Both the position numbers and the translations under genes were made by a program. This document shows positions 44,161 through 53,555 of a stretch of DNA of 64,000 nucleotides, piece by piece. The stretch is taken from the NCBI GenBank assembly GCA_045806245.1, contig JBJMJR010000012.1:3941-67940 (forward strand), written 5' to 3'. This DNA is from Gaiellaceae bacterium (GTDB lineage: Bacteria; Actinomycetota; Thermoleophilia; Gaiellales; Gaiellaceae). Every line of letters starts with the position of its first letter. Within the stretch, counting starts at the first letter, position 1. Under the pieces are notes generated by a model. The model was not told the origin of the DNA, ran no database searches, and saw only the letters and a list, made by a program, of their open reading frames with translations.

Positions 44161-45950
44161 CGCGCCGACGCGACAGCCGGCTCGGCTACGAGCTCCACCG
44201 GCAAGCGCTGCGGAAGCGTGAACGTGAAGGCCGTGCCCGCGCCTTCCTCGCTCCGGCACGCGATCGAGCCTTCATGAGCTTCGAGGATCGCTCGTACAAT
44301 CGTCAGGCCGAGGCCGGTGCCGGGGACGTCACGTGACGCACTGCTGCGGAAGAACCGTTCGAACAGGTGCGACTGCTCGGCCTGTGGGATCCCGCACCCG
44401 GTGTCGGAGACGCTCGCGACGATCGTCTCTCCGTCACCGCCGATCGAGACCTTGACGCAGCCTCGCTCGGGAGTGAACTTGATCGCGTTCGAGATCAGGT
44501 TGTCGAAGACCTGGCCGAGCCGGTGGGCGTCGCCGCGGACGTGCAGCGTGGCCGGCGCGTCGAGCTCGAGGGCGATCCGCTTCGCGGCCGCCGCCGGGTC
44601 GGCCGACCCGAGCGCCGCACGCGCCAGCTCGACGACGTCGACGTCGTCGAGCTCGAGCTCGAGCCCGCCTGCGTCGAGGCGCGAGAGGAACAGGAGCTCT
44701 TCGACCATCCGCTGCAGGCGCGCTGCATTGCGCTTGACGATTTCGACAAACCGTGCATCCTCCTCGCCGAGCGGCTCGTTACCTCCGAGCAGCTCGAGGT
44801 AGCCGATGATCGAGGTGAGCGGCGTGCGGAGCTCGTGCGAGACCGTCGCGACGATCGCGTCCTTGATCCTGTCGACCTGGCGCGCCTCGGTGACCTCTCG
44901 CAGCGTCCAGACGCGGCCGAGGTACGCGTTGTCGGCTCCGATGACAGGCCTGGTGAAGCCCTGGAACGCGCGGTCGCCGCCGTCCAGCTCGAATTCGTCG
45001 GCGCTTTCGACATCCGGCGCCGCGGCGAGCTCGTGCATCCGCCGCTCGAAGCGCTCGCGGTCGACGACCGACCCGGCGACTGCGAGCAGGCGCTCGTGCA
45101 TCAGGCCCGTGTGTGGAATCCCTAGCTCCTCCACGAAGCGCATCAGCGGGCGATTGGCGATCACGACCCTTCCGGTTCGGTCGGTCAGCGTGACGCCGTC
45201 CACGGTTCCGTCGATCAATGCACGCATCAGCGTCGAGTTCCGTTCGACCGCTTCCTCGCTCGTCTTCTGCGCGGTGACGTCGACGATGAAGCCCTGCCGG
45301 TAGGAGCGAGGGCCGTCGGAGACGAACGCGGACGAGTCGCGCACCCAGACGGGCCGGCTGTCCGGGCGGACGAGGCGGTACGTGCATTCGAAGTCGCCCG
45401 CCGTGTCGACGGCCTCCGCGTAGGCGTCCAGGACGCGCTCACGGTCGTCGGGATGAAGGACGGTGCGCCACAGGTCGCGCTGTGTGAGCCAGTCGGAGAC
45501 AGAGTGGCCGAGGAGCGCCTCGATCTGCGGGCTGATGTACGTCAGACGGCCGGCCTCCTCGACGTACATCACGAGCGGCAAGCCTTCGACCAGCCGGCGG
45601 CTTCGCTGCTCGCTGCGACGCAGCCGCGCTCCGGCGATGCCGACACCGACTGCGATGAGCGCGAAGGCCATGAACCGGCCGAAAACGAACTCCGCGGTGA
45701 CGTCGAAGCCGTCGGCCGAGGCCGTCAGCATGAAGAGGACGAACGCGAGCGCAGCGACCGCGAGCCCGAGCAGCGGCCCCGCCTCGAACGCGAACAACGC
45801 GACCCAGGGCAGGAGCATCGCCGGTCCGACCAGGTTGGGGTCGGTGGTGAACGCGGCGAGCGCGATCGTGGTGCTGAGCGCCGCGAGCGACACGATGATG
45901 ACGCTGCGCCGATTGCTCAGCACGCGGTTGATCAGGCGCGGGTCCTGCAC
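44157..45950 (-). CDS. membrane PAS sensor histidine kinase (orphan)
   Basis: 4 TM helices, two PAS-like regions, H-box 'SHELRTPLTSI', N/G boxes 'NLISNAIKFT','DTGCGIP','GTGLGL'. No adjacent response regulator. Confidence 0.85.
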   Translation of the reverse strand: MQDPRLINRVLSNRRSVIIVSLAALSTTIALAAFTTDPNLVGPAMLLPWVALFAFEAGPLLGLAVAALAFVLFMLTASADGFDVTAEFVFGRFMAFALIAVGVGIAGARLRRSEQRSRRLVEGLPLVMYVEEAGRLTYISPQIEALLGHSVSDWLTQRDLWRTVLHPDDRERVLDAYAEAVDTAGDFECTYRLVRPDSRPVWVRDSSAFVSDGPRSYRQGFIVDVTAQKTSEEAVERNSTLMRALIDGTVDGVTLTDRTGRVVIANRPLMRFVEELGIPHTGLMHERLLAVAGSVVDRERFERRMHELAAAPDVESADEFELDGGDRAFQGFTRPVIGADNAYLGRVWTLREVTEARQVDRIKDAIVATVSHELRTPLTSIIGYLELLGGNEPLGEEDARFVEIVKRNAARLQRMVEELLFLSRLDAGGLELELDDVDVVELARAALGSADPAAAAKRIALELDAPATLHVRGDAHRLGQVFDNLISNAIKFTPERGCVKVSIGGDGETIVASVSDTGCGIPQAEQSHLFERFFRSSASRDVPGTGLGLTIVRAILEAHEGSIACRSEEGAGTAFTFTLPQRLPVELVAEPAVASAR

Positions 45951-46029
45951 AACTGGGATATCGGCGTCTGCGGCGTCCCCCTAAAGAGGGAGTCCCCGCG
46001 ACCGCGCTGCCTGCCGATACGGGACGGCG

Positions 46030-46659
46030 ATGGGGTCGGCGTCGTTCAAGCAGATCGCGGGTGGCCTCGCGATCGCGGTTCTGCTCGTCGCGGTGCATCT
46101 GATGCCGGGCCGAGGCAACCAGGCGCTCCGCCACGACCACGCGCGCGAGTGGAGTTACCTGAAGGTGCCGCATAGCGATCCCACGCCGCTCGAGAGCCGA
46201 CTCGGTGAGATCGCGAGCCTCGTCGCCGGGCGACCGGTGCAGGTTCGCTGCGAGGACTTCCCGATCGGAACGGGGCAGGAGCCGGGCGGTGTCGTGCAGT
46301 TCAAGGGGTCGACTCCCGCGGACTACGCCCGCATCCGTCCCGACTACTGCACGGCGCTCATGCAGTTCGTGCGTGCGCCGGCGAGCGCGCGGTTCAAGTC
46401 GGTCGTCGCAGCGGAGGTGCTCACGCACGAGTCGTTCCATCTGCAGGGCGTCAAGACCGAGGCGGTTGCAGAGTGCTACGCGATGCAGTCCGTTTCGCGT
46501 GTCGCGCACGCGCTGGGAGCGTCCCTCCGTCAGGGCCGCACGATGGCGATGCTCACCTACGAGTACGTCTATCCGCGGATGCCGCCGCAGTATCGCTCGC
46601 CGGACTGCCGTCCCGGCGGCTCGCTCGACCGTCACCCCGGCGGCGACTGGCCGGCCTAG
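46030..46659 (+). CDS. membrane-anchored hypothetical protein with an HExxH motif
   Basis: TM 'IAGGLAIAVLLVAVHL', 'LTHESFHLQG' (HExxH), and conserved-looking Cys residues. Confidence 0.5.
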   Translation: MGSASFKQIAGGLAIAVLLVAVHLMPGRGNQALRHDHAREWSYLKVPHSDPTPLESRLGEIASLVAGRPVQVRCEDFPIGTGQEPGGVVQFKGSTPADYARIRPDYCTALMQFVRAPASARFKSVVAAEVLTHESFHLQGVKTEAVAECYAMQSVSRVAHALGASLRQGRTMAMLTYEYVYPRMPPQYRSPDCRPGGSLDRHPGGDWPA

Positions 46660-47333
46660 AGCTGCTGGCGGACGCCGGGCTCGGCCTCGAGCCGGTCGAG
46701 CTGTGCTTCGAATCCCTGGAACGCAGTGTCGGCCGCGCCACGCCGGAACAGCGGTAGGACCTCGCGTTGACGGGCATCCTCGAGGGCGAGCGCGGTACCG
46801 CCGTACATCGCGAGAGCGGCCAGCGCGATGCCAAAGCCTCCGGCGATCTTCAGCCACTCGTGGGCGCCGCCGACCTCGTAGTAGCCCGAAAGCACCATGC
46901 GCGTGGCGGCCACGCCGAGCAGCACCGAGAAGAACGGCTTGCCGAGTGTCGACAGCACTCCGATCAACAGGACCGCGGTCGCAAAGCCGAAGAGGTAGAT
47001 GCCGAGCGTGACGCTCTTGACCCCGGGCGCCGCGGAGAAATCCGCCCACCCGAGTGCAAGCCACGACGTCGTGAACAGGCCGAGCGTTGTCGCGCCGAGC
47101 GTGTCCCGCGCCAGGAACGCCATCACCGTCGCGACGAGCTCGAGTGGAAAGACGAACGACATCAGCAGCATGCCGACCTGCTTCTGCTCGGTGATCGGGA
47201 TCCAGCCGATCGCAAAGCATCCGAGTAGCAGCATCCCGATGCCGAAGGAGAAGAACCCGAGCGGTAGCCCGCTGCCGATCGGACGCAGAAAGATGCGCGT
47301 CTGGGCTGCGTGGCGGCTGCCGTCGCTGCTCAC
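46656..47333 (-). CDS. GPR1/FUN34/YaaH (SatP-like) family acetate/succinate channel
   Basis: Start re-called to GTG 47333. Six TM helices. The 'PLGFFSFG' N-terminal motif region is typical of the family. CTAG shared-stop overlap with the convergent gene. Confidence 0.7.
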   Translation of the reverse strand: MSSDGSRHAAQTRIFLRPIGSGLPLGFFSFGIGMLLLGCFAIGWIPITEQKQVGMLLMSFVFPLELVATVMAFLARDTLGATTLGLFTTSWLALGWADFSAAPGVKSVTLGIYLFGFATAVLLIGVLSTLGKPFFSVLLGVAATRMVLSGYYEVGGAHEWLKIAGGFGIALAALAMYGGTALALEDARQREVLPLFRRGAADTAFQGFEAQLDRLEAEPGVRQQL

Positions 47334-47388
47334 TGCGCACTCCTTGCCGGAGCACCGAGACCGGAAACTCGTCGGCGGTGCGAATGTT

Positions 47389-48363
47389 CTAACCGCTCGG
47401 TACGGCGAGCTGCGTCCAGACCGTCCCATCCTCGACGGGCGCGGGACAGACTGGCTCGCGCGCCGTCGTGCTCGCGACGATGCAGACGTCCGAGAACGCG
47501 TGGCCGACGACGACTGACAGTCGCCGGTCGAAGGTCCCGTCGACATCGGGCGCGAGGAACCATTCGGCCAGCACGCGCGGGGCTTGGCCGGCGAGCAGGC
47601 CGTACACGCGTAGCGTCATCGAGCGCGAGGGACGCTGCGGAAGGTTGTGCGCCTTCAGGCGGATCGCGACGCGCGGAGCGCGGACGAACGTCACCCAGTC
47701 GACGGCGAGCTGCGGCCGCTCCTGCGGCCGCGAGACGTGCACGCGCACGCACCCGGTGCTGTTTCCCTTGCGGTAACAGTCCTTCGGCTCGTCCCCAACC
47801 CACGCCCGCGCGCCGACGTCGTCGAAGTCTCCGGCCGGCAGTGGGACGTCGATGTTCTCCTCGACGTCACCCGAGGCGTCCGGCCCGAAAGATGCGCCGA
47901 ACAACTCCTGTCCCGTTGCTCCGGCACGCCCGAGCTGCTCGACGCGCACGACGAGGTGGTCGCTCGAGCGCAAGCCGCTCGCGTGCACCGTCACGGTCAC
48001 GAGCGAGCCGCGCTTGGGCGTGATCGTCACGCTCGGCTGTGGGCGGTCGCCCCAGGTGCGCACACCGGCGTAGACCGTGAACACGAGGCCGGTTCCGAGC
48101 ACGACGAGGCCGGCGTGGAGGATGCGCCGCTCGGCGTTCGACCCCTCGCGCAGGCCGAACGCGGCCACTGCGCCGAGGAAGACGGCGAACGCCGCGCAGC
48201 CGAACGCGGCGAAGGTCGCCCACGGATGATTCCGCGCCATCCGGCCGACGAGGTCGCCGGTGATCGCCAGCGCCGTCAGCAGCGCGCCGAGAGCGGGGAG
48301 CGCCGCGAGCAGGAAGCGTGCCGCGCCCTGCGCGTCCTTCCCGACCGGCAGGTATTTGGGCAT
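47389..48363 (-). CDS. integral membrane hypothetical protein with extracytoplasmic beta-rich domain
   Basis: Four N-terminal hydrophobic helices, then about 200 aa rich in beta-strand-like segments. No motif recognised. Confidence 0.45.
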   Translation of the reverse strand: MPKYLPVGKDAQGAARFLLAALPALGALLTALAITGDLVGRMARNHPWATFAAFGCAAFAVFLGAVAAFGLREGSNAERRILHAGLVVLGTGLVFTVYAGVRTWGDRPQPSVTITPKRGSLVTVTVHASGLRSSDHLVVRVEQLGRAGATGQELFGASFGPDASGDVEENIDVPLPAGDFDDVGARAWVGDEPKDCYRKGNSTGCVRVHVSRPQERPQLAVDWVTFVRAPRVAIRLKAHNLPQRPSRSMTLRVYGLLAGQAPRVLAEWFLAPDVDGTFDRRLSVVVGHAFSDVCIVASTTAREPVCPAPVEDGTVWTQLAVPSG

Positions 48364-48399
48364 GCGCTCCGACGCTACGCCGGAGTCGTTAGGGAAGCC

Positions 48400-48825
48400 T
48401 CAGGAGTCCTTGCGGATATCGGCAACGGCCGCCTTGACGCGCCGCAGCAGCTTCTCGTCGTGCCCGCCGTAGGTGACGAAGACGTTGCCGAACCGCTCGT
48501 CGTACGGCTCGAGCTTCGAGCCCCAGCTGCCCTTGCCGTCATGTGGCGCGACTGCGAGCTGCAGCGACGCGGCCGGCCAGGGCGGCTTCTTGTTGCTCAG
48601 GAGCGCGAACCCAGCTTGCGTGATCCCCGTCAGGACGATCCCGTGGCGCGCGAACGCCGAGCGAACGAGCCGCGGACTGAAGTAATCCGTCTTGGAGAAG
48701 TCGATCGTCTTGCTCTCGTTGGGCGGGTGGTACACCGGCTTCGCGAAGGTGAAGACTCCAGCGGTCGCGACCAGGGCCACGCAGACGAGCAAACCAGCCA
48801 CAAGATGTCGGAACGCGAATCGCAC
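48400..48825 (-). CDS. membrane-anchored hypothetical protein
   Basis: Start re-called to GTG 48825 (uncertain). The upstream part of the track ORF is Arg/Ala-rich and coincides with a hairpin array. TM 'LVAGLLVCVALVATAGVF'. Confidence 0.4.
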   Translation of the reverse strand: MRFAFRHLVAGLLVCVALVATAGVFTFAKPVYHPPNESKTIDFSKTDYFSPRLVRSAFARHGIVLTGITQAGFALLSNKKPPWPAASLQLAVAPHDGKGSWGSKLEPYDERFGNVFVTYGGHDEKLLRRVKAAVADIRKDS

Positions 48826-49026
48826 GCGAAAGACATCGACCGCATGAACCCAAGCCTTGACCAAAGCCGGAGCGTAAGCCGAGGCGAAGCGAGGCTTACG
48901 CGGAGGCGAGCTGATGCGATTCGCCCACGCGGAGCATGGGCGAACCGCACGGCGGGGAACAATCTCCGATCGGCGAGGAGCGCGCGAGCTCCGCTCGTGC
49001 GCGTTCGCGCGAAGCGCCGTACCAAT

Positions 49027-49104
49027 CCGTGCGAAAGCGAAGCTTTCGCACGGCACCGAAGTAACGAACGGGTCCCACCCTCGGCAGATGGGGTGGGACC
49101 CGTT
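49027..49104 (-). terminator. two tandem strong hairpins downstream of the SBP gene
   Basis: AACGGGTCCCACCC-N10-GGGTGGGACCCGTT (14 bp, 49067..49104) and CCGTGCGAAAGC-N3-GCTTTCGCACGG (12 bp, 49027..49053). Confidence 0.5.
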
Positions 49105-49129
49105 GTCTCGGAGGGGAGTCAGTCGTTCG

Positions 49130-50776
49130 TTACTTCTTGCTCCACTTCTCGGCGTTCCAGGTCGGGCCCTGACTGCTCGGGTTGTCGACCATGCCGCTGA
49201 CCGACGTCTTGTAGACGAAGTACGTCGGTCGCTGGAACAGCGGGATCATCGGCACGTCGTTCCCAAGCTGCTTGCCGACCTTCACGATCAGCGCGAGCCG
49301 CTTTGCGTCGTTCAGCTGGTGGTCAGACTGTGCCAGCCACTTCGTGACCGTGCGATTGCAGTACTCGGTGTAGTTGCTGGCGTTGCCGCACGTGAAGTTC
49401 GACACGTTGTAGTGCGGGTCGACGCCGACGAGCTGCGTGAACATCGCGAGGTCGAAGTCGTGTGCAGGCAGCTTGCTGCCGAACAGCGTGCCCGCAGGGA
49501 CGAAGGCGTTCTTCAGCTCGATGCCGGCCTTCGCGGCCTGATCCTGGAAGATCGTGAACGCGAGGGTGCGGAGCGCGTTACCCGAGGTCGAGGCGAAGTC
49601 GAACGACACCTTCGTCCCGTTACAGCGATAGATGCCGTCGCTGCCCTTCGCGCAGTTGTGCGCCTTCATCATGCTGTCGACCTTGTTCGGGTTGTAGTTC
49701 CATTTCCCGAAGTCGTTCGCGAAGCCCTTCTCGCCCCTGAGCCGGACAATCGACTGCAAGGCACCGACGGTCGGGTTGAGCGTCCCATAGAGCGCCTTTG
49801 CCGCGGCCGTTCGGTTCACGGCGGTGATGAGAGCCTGGCGGAGCCAGGTCTGCTTCGCGAGCGGGTTGCCGTGTGCTCCCTGCTCGATCTCGATGTGCTC
49901 GAACTGTAGACCGACGTGCGTTTGGATATGCAGACCGGCCTGGTTCTTCAGATCTGCAAGTGCGAGCTGCGGCTGTGGGTAGATCGCGTCTACCTCGCCG
50001 GAGCGGATCGCCTGGATCTCGGAGTTGGTCTGCGTGATGAAGCGGAACACGATCGAGTTCAACTTCGGCTTCGGTCCGTACCACCCGCGGCTGTTCCGCG
50101 TCAGGGTGATGCCGGCGCCGCGGTCGTATTTCGTCAGCAGGAACGGGCCGTCACCGATCGGCGCGTTGCCCTTCTTCGGGTTGCAGATGCAGTCGTTCCA
50201 GACGGTCAGCATGTCCGTGCCCGCCAATGCGTGCCGCGGCAGGACGTAGGCGAAGAGACCGCGCCAAGCCGCGAAGTTCCGCTTGAATGTGACCTTCACG
50301 ACGAACTTGTTGCCGGCGACGCTCTTGATGTCTTCCCACCCGAGTGGATCGATGTGATCCTTGTACTTCGGGCTCACAGCGGTCTGCCACGTGAACCTCC
50401 AGTCCTTGCCCGTGACAGGCACGCCGTCGCTCCACCTGGCGTTTTTCCGCAGGTAGTAGGTGACGCGTTGCGGGTTGGTCTGGAACTTGTAGTGCGAGAT
50501 CAGGTCCGGCGCGTAGGTGAGTTTCGGCGTGAAGATGAACGCGCCGCGGATCACCGGCGTCTGGAACACGACGTTCCAGAACGCGTTGCAGTCGACGTCC
50601 AGGATCAGGTTCAAGCACCAATCCGGACCACCGCCCTGCTCCGCTCCGAAGACCAGCGTGCCGGCACTCTTCGCCGAGGCACTGTCCGGCCCACTCACTC
50701 TCGCGGAGCCGGTTGCCGCGAGCGCAAGCGCTGCGAGAACCGCTCCGGCCAAGAGCCAGAGCTTCCGTCGATGCAT
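49130..50776 (-). CDS. ABC transporter substrate-binding protein, family 5 (peptide/nickel type), orphan
   Basis: Signal peptide 'LWLLAGAVLAALALAATGSA' and 548 aa with family-5 SBP layout. SD AAGGAGGG. No permease or ATPase genes adjacent. Visibly lower G+C. Confidence 0.8.
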   Translation of the reverse strand: MHRRKLWLLAGAVLAALALAATGSARVSGPDSASAKSAGTLVFGAEQGGGPDWCLNLILDVDCNAFWNVVFQTPVIRGAFIFTPKLTYAPDLISHYKFQTNPQRVTYYLRKNARWSDGVPVTGKDWRFTWQTAVSPKYKDHIDPLGWEDIKSVAGNKFVVKVTFKRNFAAWRGLFAYVLPRHALAGTDMLTVWNDCICNPKKGNAPIGDGPFLLTKYDRGAGITLTRNSRGWYGPKPKLNSIVFRFITQTNSEIQAIRSGEVDAIYPQPQLALADLKNQAGLHIQTHVGLQFEHIEIEQGAHGNPLAKQTWLRQALITAVNRTAAAKALYGTLNPTVGALQSIVRLRGEKGFANDFGKWNYNPNKVDSMMKAHNCAKGSDGIYRCNGTKVSFDFASTSGNALRTLAFTIFQDQAAKAGIELKNAFVPAGTLFGSKLPAHDFDLAMFTQLVGVDPHYNVSNFTCGNASNYTEYCNRTVTKWLAQSDHQLNDAKRLALIVKVGKQLGNDVPMIPLFQRPTYFVYKTSVSGMVDNPSSQGPTWNAEKWSKK

Positions 50777-50926
50777 CTATCCCTCCTTGTCAGGCCTCGA
50801 TCTGGGAGCCCGCGCGTGGGATGCTGCCTGCCAGATCGAGACGCATTACGCGTACGGAGACTCGCGACGGCGCAAGCGGTTAGCGCGCATAACGAGGACG
50901 AATCGGTCGATTCGCCGACGCGCTCC

Positions 50927-50960
50927 AAAAACATCGAAGGCGCACGTGCGTGCGCCTTCG
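50927..50960 (-). terminator. intrinsic terminator after the LysR-family gene
   Basis: The minus strand reads CGAAGGCGCACG-CA-CGUGCGCCUUCG followed by AUGUUUUUGG (12-bp perfect stem). Confidence 0.6.
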
Positions 50961-51088
50961 ACACGGAAGTGAAGTAGCTGCGTCGACGCCGAATGCGAGA
51001 CGTGAACGCACTGGATCGAACATAGCCACGTAACCGTCGCGCGCCCAGCGCGATTCGTTATCGCGTGTTTCGCGCCTGCGATGCCTGC

Positions 51089-52066
51089 TTACAGATGTGC
51101 ACTCGCGACCGGCGGCACTTCGTGCAGCGTCTCGATCGCGCGCTCGCGCCAGATCTGCCGGACGACACGGGTCGTTGCATCGACGAACGCCCGCACCGGC
51201 TCCGCGACGGTGAGATCGTCCTTCCACGCCAGCGCGATGACGCGAGGCGGCAGCGCGGGCTCGAACGCGCGGACGTCGAACGAGCCCGACATCAGCTCGG
51301 CGGTGAGGCGGGGGATGAGCGCGGCGCCGAAGCCGGCCGTGACGAAGCCCTGCACGACGTTGTTGTCGTCCGCACGCACGACGAAGTGCGGCTCGATCCC
51401 GTCGGCGCGAAGGTGGTCGATCACGCGCTGCGTGCTGCCGGAGCTCTTGAACCCGATCAAGTTGAGGCCGCGCAGCTCGATCGGGTGAACGGACGTCCCG
51501 ATGCCCCGCTGTCCGTTCCGCGGCAGGACGAGGACGTAGTCGTCGAAGGCGAGCGGTCTGGTCTGCAGGTGGCCCTCGAAGCGCAGCGGCAGATCGACGA
51601 AGCAGGCGTCGATCTCGTTTCGCTCGAGCGCCTTGACGAGAATCCCGTCCACAGGGCGGTCGTCGAGCACGATGTCGACCTGTGGCTCGCGCCGCTCGAG
51701 CTCACGGATGACGTGGGGGAGGAGGAGCGAGGAAACGGTCTGGTAGGTGCCGATCCGAAGCCGGGCTTTGCCGGTGCAGACCTCCGCCTCCGCCGTTGCG
51801 AGGCTCGACTGCACCGCGCGCGCGTGAATGAGCAGGCGCTTGCCGGCTTCGGTGAGCGTCAACGGCTGCGAGACGCGCGGGCGGTTGACGAGTTGCACGC
51901 CGACGATGCGTTCCAACGCGGCGAGCTGCTGGCTGACGGCCGGCTGTGAGTACCCGAGGCGGCGGGCCGCGCCGTGGAACGACGCTTCCTCGGCGAGGGC
52001 TTGCAGCGCCGCAAGGTGCCGGACCTCGATCCCGTGCCAAGCGCTCCGCCCCACGCTTTCGGTCAT
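51089..52066 (-). CDS. LysR-family transcriptional regulator
   Basis: HTH 'LQALAEEASFHGAARRLGYSQPAVSQQLAALE' plus a substrate-binding domain of typical length. Confidence 0.85.
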   Translation of the reverse strand: MTESVGRSAWHGIEVRHLAALQALAEEASFHGAARRLGYSQPAVSQQLAALERIVGVQLVNRPRVSQPLTLTEAGKRLLIHARAVQSSLATAEAEVCTGKARLRIGTYQTVSSLLLPHVIRELERREPQVDIVLDDRPVDGILVKALERNEIDACFVDLPLRFEGHLQTRPLAFDDYVLVLPRNGQRGIGTSVHPIELRGLNLIGFKSSGSTQRVIDHLRADGIEPHFVVRADDNNVVQGFVTAGFGAALIPRLTAELMSGSFDVRAFEPALPPRVIALAWKDDLTVAEPVRAFVDATTRVVRQIWRERAIETLHEVPPVASAHL

Positions 52067-52103
52067 GTCTGCTCCCTTAGCTGCGCCGCCACGCGCCAGA
52101 GGG

Positions 52104-52119
52104 ATATCTGGCCCGATAT
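52104..52119. promoter_or_regulatory. inverted repeat ATATC-N6-GATAT upstream of the LysR gene (candidate LysR-type operator)
   Basis: ATATCTGGCCCGATAT lies 38 bp upstream of the regulator's start. It resembles, but does not exactly fit, the T-N11-A box. Confidence 0.3.
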
Positions 52120-52194
52120 CTCTCCGACGCCGCGCAGCCGCTTTAGTTAGTGAAGCGAGGCGGTGAAGTGCGATTCAGGTCGCTTATTGCGCGA

Positions 52195-52857
52195 TTACCC
52201 GTCGAGCGCGCGCAATGCCGGTGCGAGTTGCGACAGGTCAGGAATGACGACGTCGGCTGCGGCGAGTTGATGCGCTGCGTAGCGGCCGGTCGTGACCGCG
52301 ACGCAACGGCAACCGGCGTCGTGCGCGCTCGAGACGTCGACCGGCGTGTCGCCGACCGCAACGGTCCGGTCGGCCGGCCAGTTGCCAGAACGCTCGCGCG
52401 CGAGCGCAAAGAGCTCCGTGCGCTGCTCGCGCTCGCAGCCGAACGCCCCCTCACCGGGTGTGAACGACTCTGCGAGCCCGAGCCGCTCCATCCGTGCATG
52501 CGCGACTGCCGGTGGGTTCCCGGTGAGCAGCGCACGGCGGTCGAGTGCGGCGATCGCAGCATGCGCGCCGGGCGCGAGCTCCCACTGGCTCGTGTCGGCG
52601 CCGGCGAGCAGCTCCACGTAGCGCGCCGAAAAGACCTCGCACCAACGTCGCAGGCCGGCGTCGATCTGCTTCCCGGAGAATCCTGCTTCCGCAAGCGCGC
52701 GCCGCGTGTGCGCGGTCGCCGTGTCGCCGGGAACATCAGAGCCGTCGGGGGCGGACCCGTAGACCTCGGTCAACGCGACGCGGTTCGCCTCGACGTAGAC
52801 GTCGTCGTGCGTGAGCAGCAACGTCCCGTCGACGTCGAAGAGGACGAGCCAGCTCAC
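52195..52857 (-). CDS. HAD-superfamily hydrolase (phosphoglycolate-phosphatase-like)
   Basis: Motif I 'LFDVDGTLL' and motif IV 'VGDTPVD'. GTG start overlaps the trpA stop (GTGA). Confidence 0.75.
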   Translation of the reverse strand: MSWLVLFDVDGTLLLTHDDVYVEANRVALTEVYGSAPDGSDVPGDTATAHTRRALAEAGFSGKQIDAGLRRWCEVFSARYVELLAGADTSQWELAPGAHAAIAALDRRALLTGNPPAVAHARMERLGLAESFTPGEGAFGCEREQRTELFALARERSGNWPADRTVAVGDTPVDVSSAHDAGCRCVAVTTGRYAAHQLAAADVVIPDLSQLAPALRALDG

Positions 52858-53555
52858 GACGAGTCGAGCGCGTCGCGCAGCGTGTGCACGTAGGCGCTCA
52901 ACGCCTGCGGTCCTTGCTGCGCAACCTCCACCGCGCGCGAGCCGACCACGACGCCGTCCGTCAGCTCCGCCGTCGCGCGTGCGTGCTCCGGCGTCGAGAT
53001 CCCGAAGCCGGCGTAGAGCGGCACGTCGGCGACCGCCCGCGTGCGCTCGACCAGTGCCGCGAGTGTGGGTGAGACCTCCTCACGTGCACCGGTCGTTCCC
53101 GTCAACGTCACGAGGTACAGCCAACCGTCGGTCTGCTCGGCCGCGAGCCGCACCCGCTCGTCGGTGGACGTCGGCGCCACGAGCTGCACGCGCCTGACGT
53201 CGGGCCGCTCGCCGGCGGGAACGTCGACGACGATCAACGAGGTCGCGCCTGCGCTCCGCGTGTCGGCGGCGAACCGCTCCCAGCCGTACGCCTCGAGCAG
53301 AGCGGCGTACGTCATCGGAACGATGGGCGTGCCCGGCATCAGCTCGCGCGCGCGCGCGAGACACTCTAGGCATTGCTTCGTCCGCATGCCCTCGGCGAGC
53401 GCCTGCTCCCCGGCGCGGCGGATCACTGGGCCGTCGGCAAGCGGATCGGAGAAGGGGAAGCCGAGCTCGATGATGTCCGCGCCGCCTGCGACTGCCGCGC
53501 CTGCAAGCTCCGGCGTGCGCGTCCCCGCCATCAGGTAGATGACGAGCTTCTTCAC
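52854..53555 (-). CDS. trpA: tryptophan synthase alpha chain
   Basis: Start re-called to GTG 53555 (GTGA overlap with the trpB stop). '[17 protein letters not shown]' and 'GFGIS'. Confidence 0.85.
   Translation of the reverse strand: MKKLVIYLMAGTRTPELAGAAVAGGADIIELGFPFSDPLADGPVIRRAGEQALAEGMRTKQCLECLARARELMPGTPIVPMTYAALLEAYGWERFAADTRSAGATSLIVVDVPAGERPDVRRVQLVAPTSTDERVRLAAEQTDGWLYLVTLTGTTGAREEVSPTLAALVERTRAVADVPLYAGFGISTPEHARATAELTDGVVVGSRAVEVAQQGPQALSAYVHTLRDALDSS

Noticed and set aside
45439-47355. 638-aa ORF spanning the kinase N-terminus, the HExxH gene (antisense) and the SatP-like gene
   Set aside because: It crosses three independently supported genes in other frames or strands, and its product is Arg-rich low complexity.
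50777-50926. Assignment of the SBP leader to a known riboswitch class (e.g. NiCo, cobalamin, TPP)
   Set aside because: I could not recognise any class-defining conserved nucleotides. It is left as an unclassified structured leader pending an Rfam scan.
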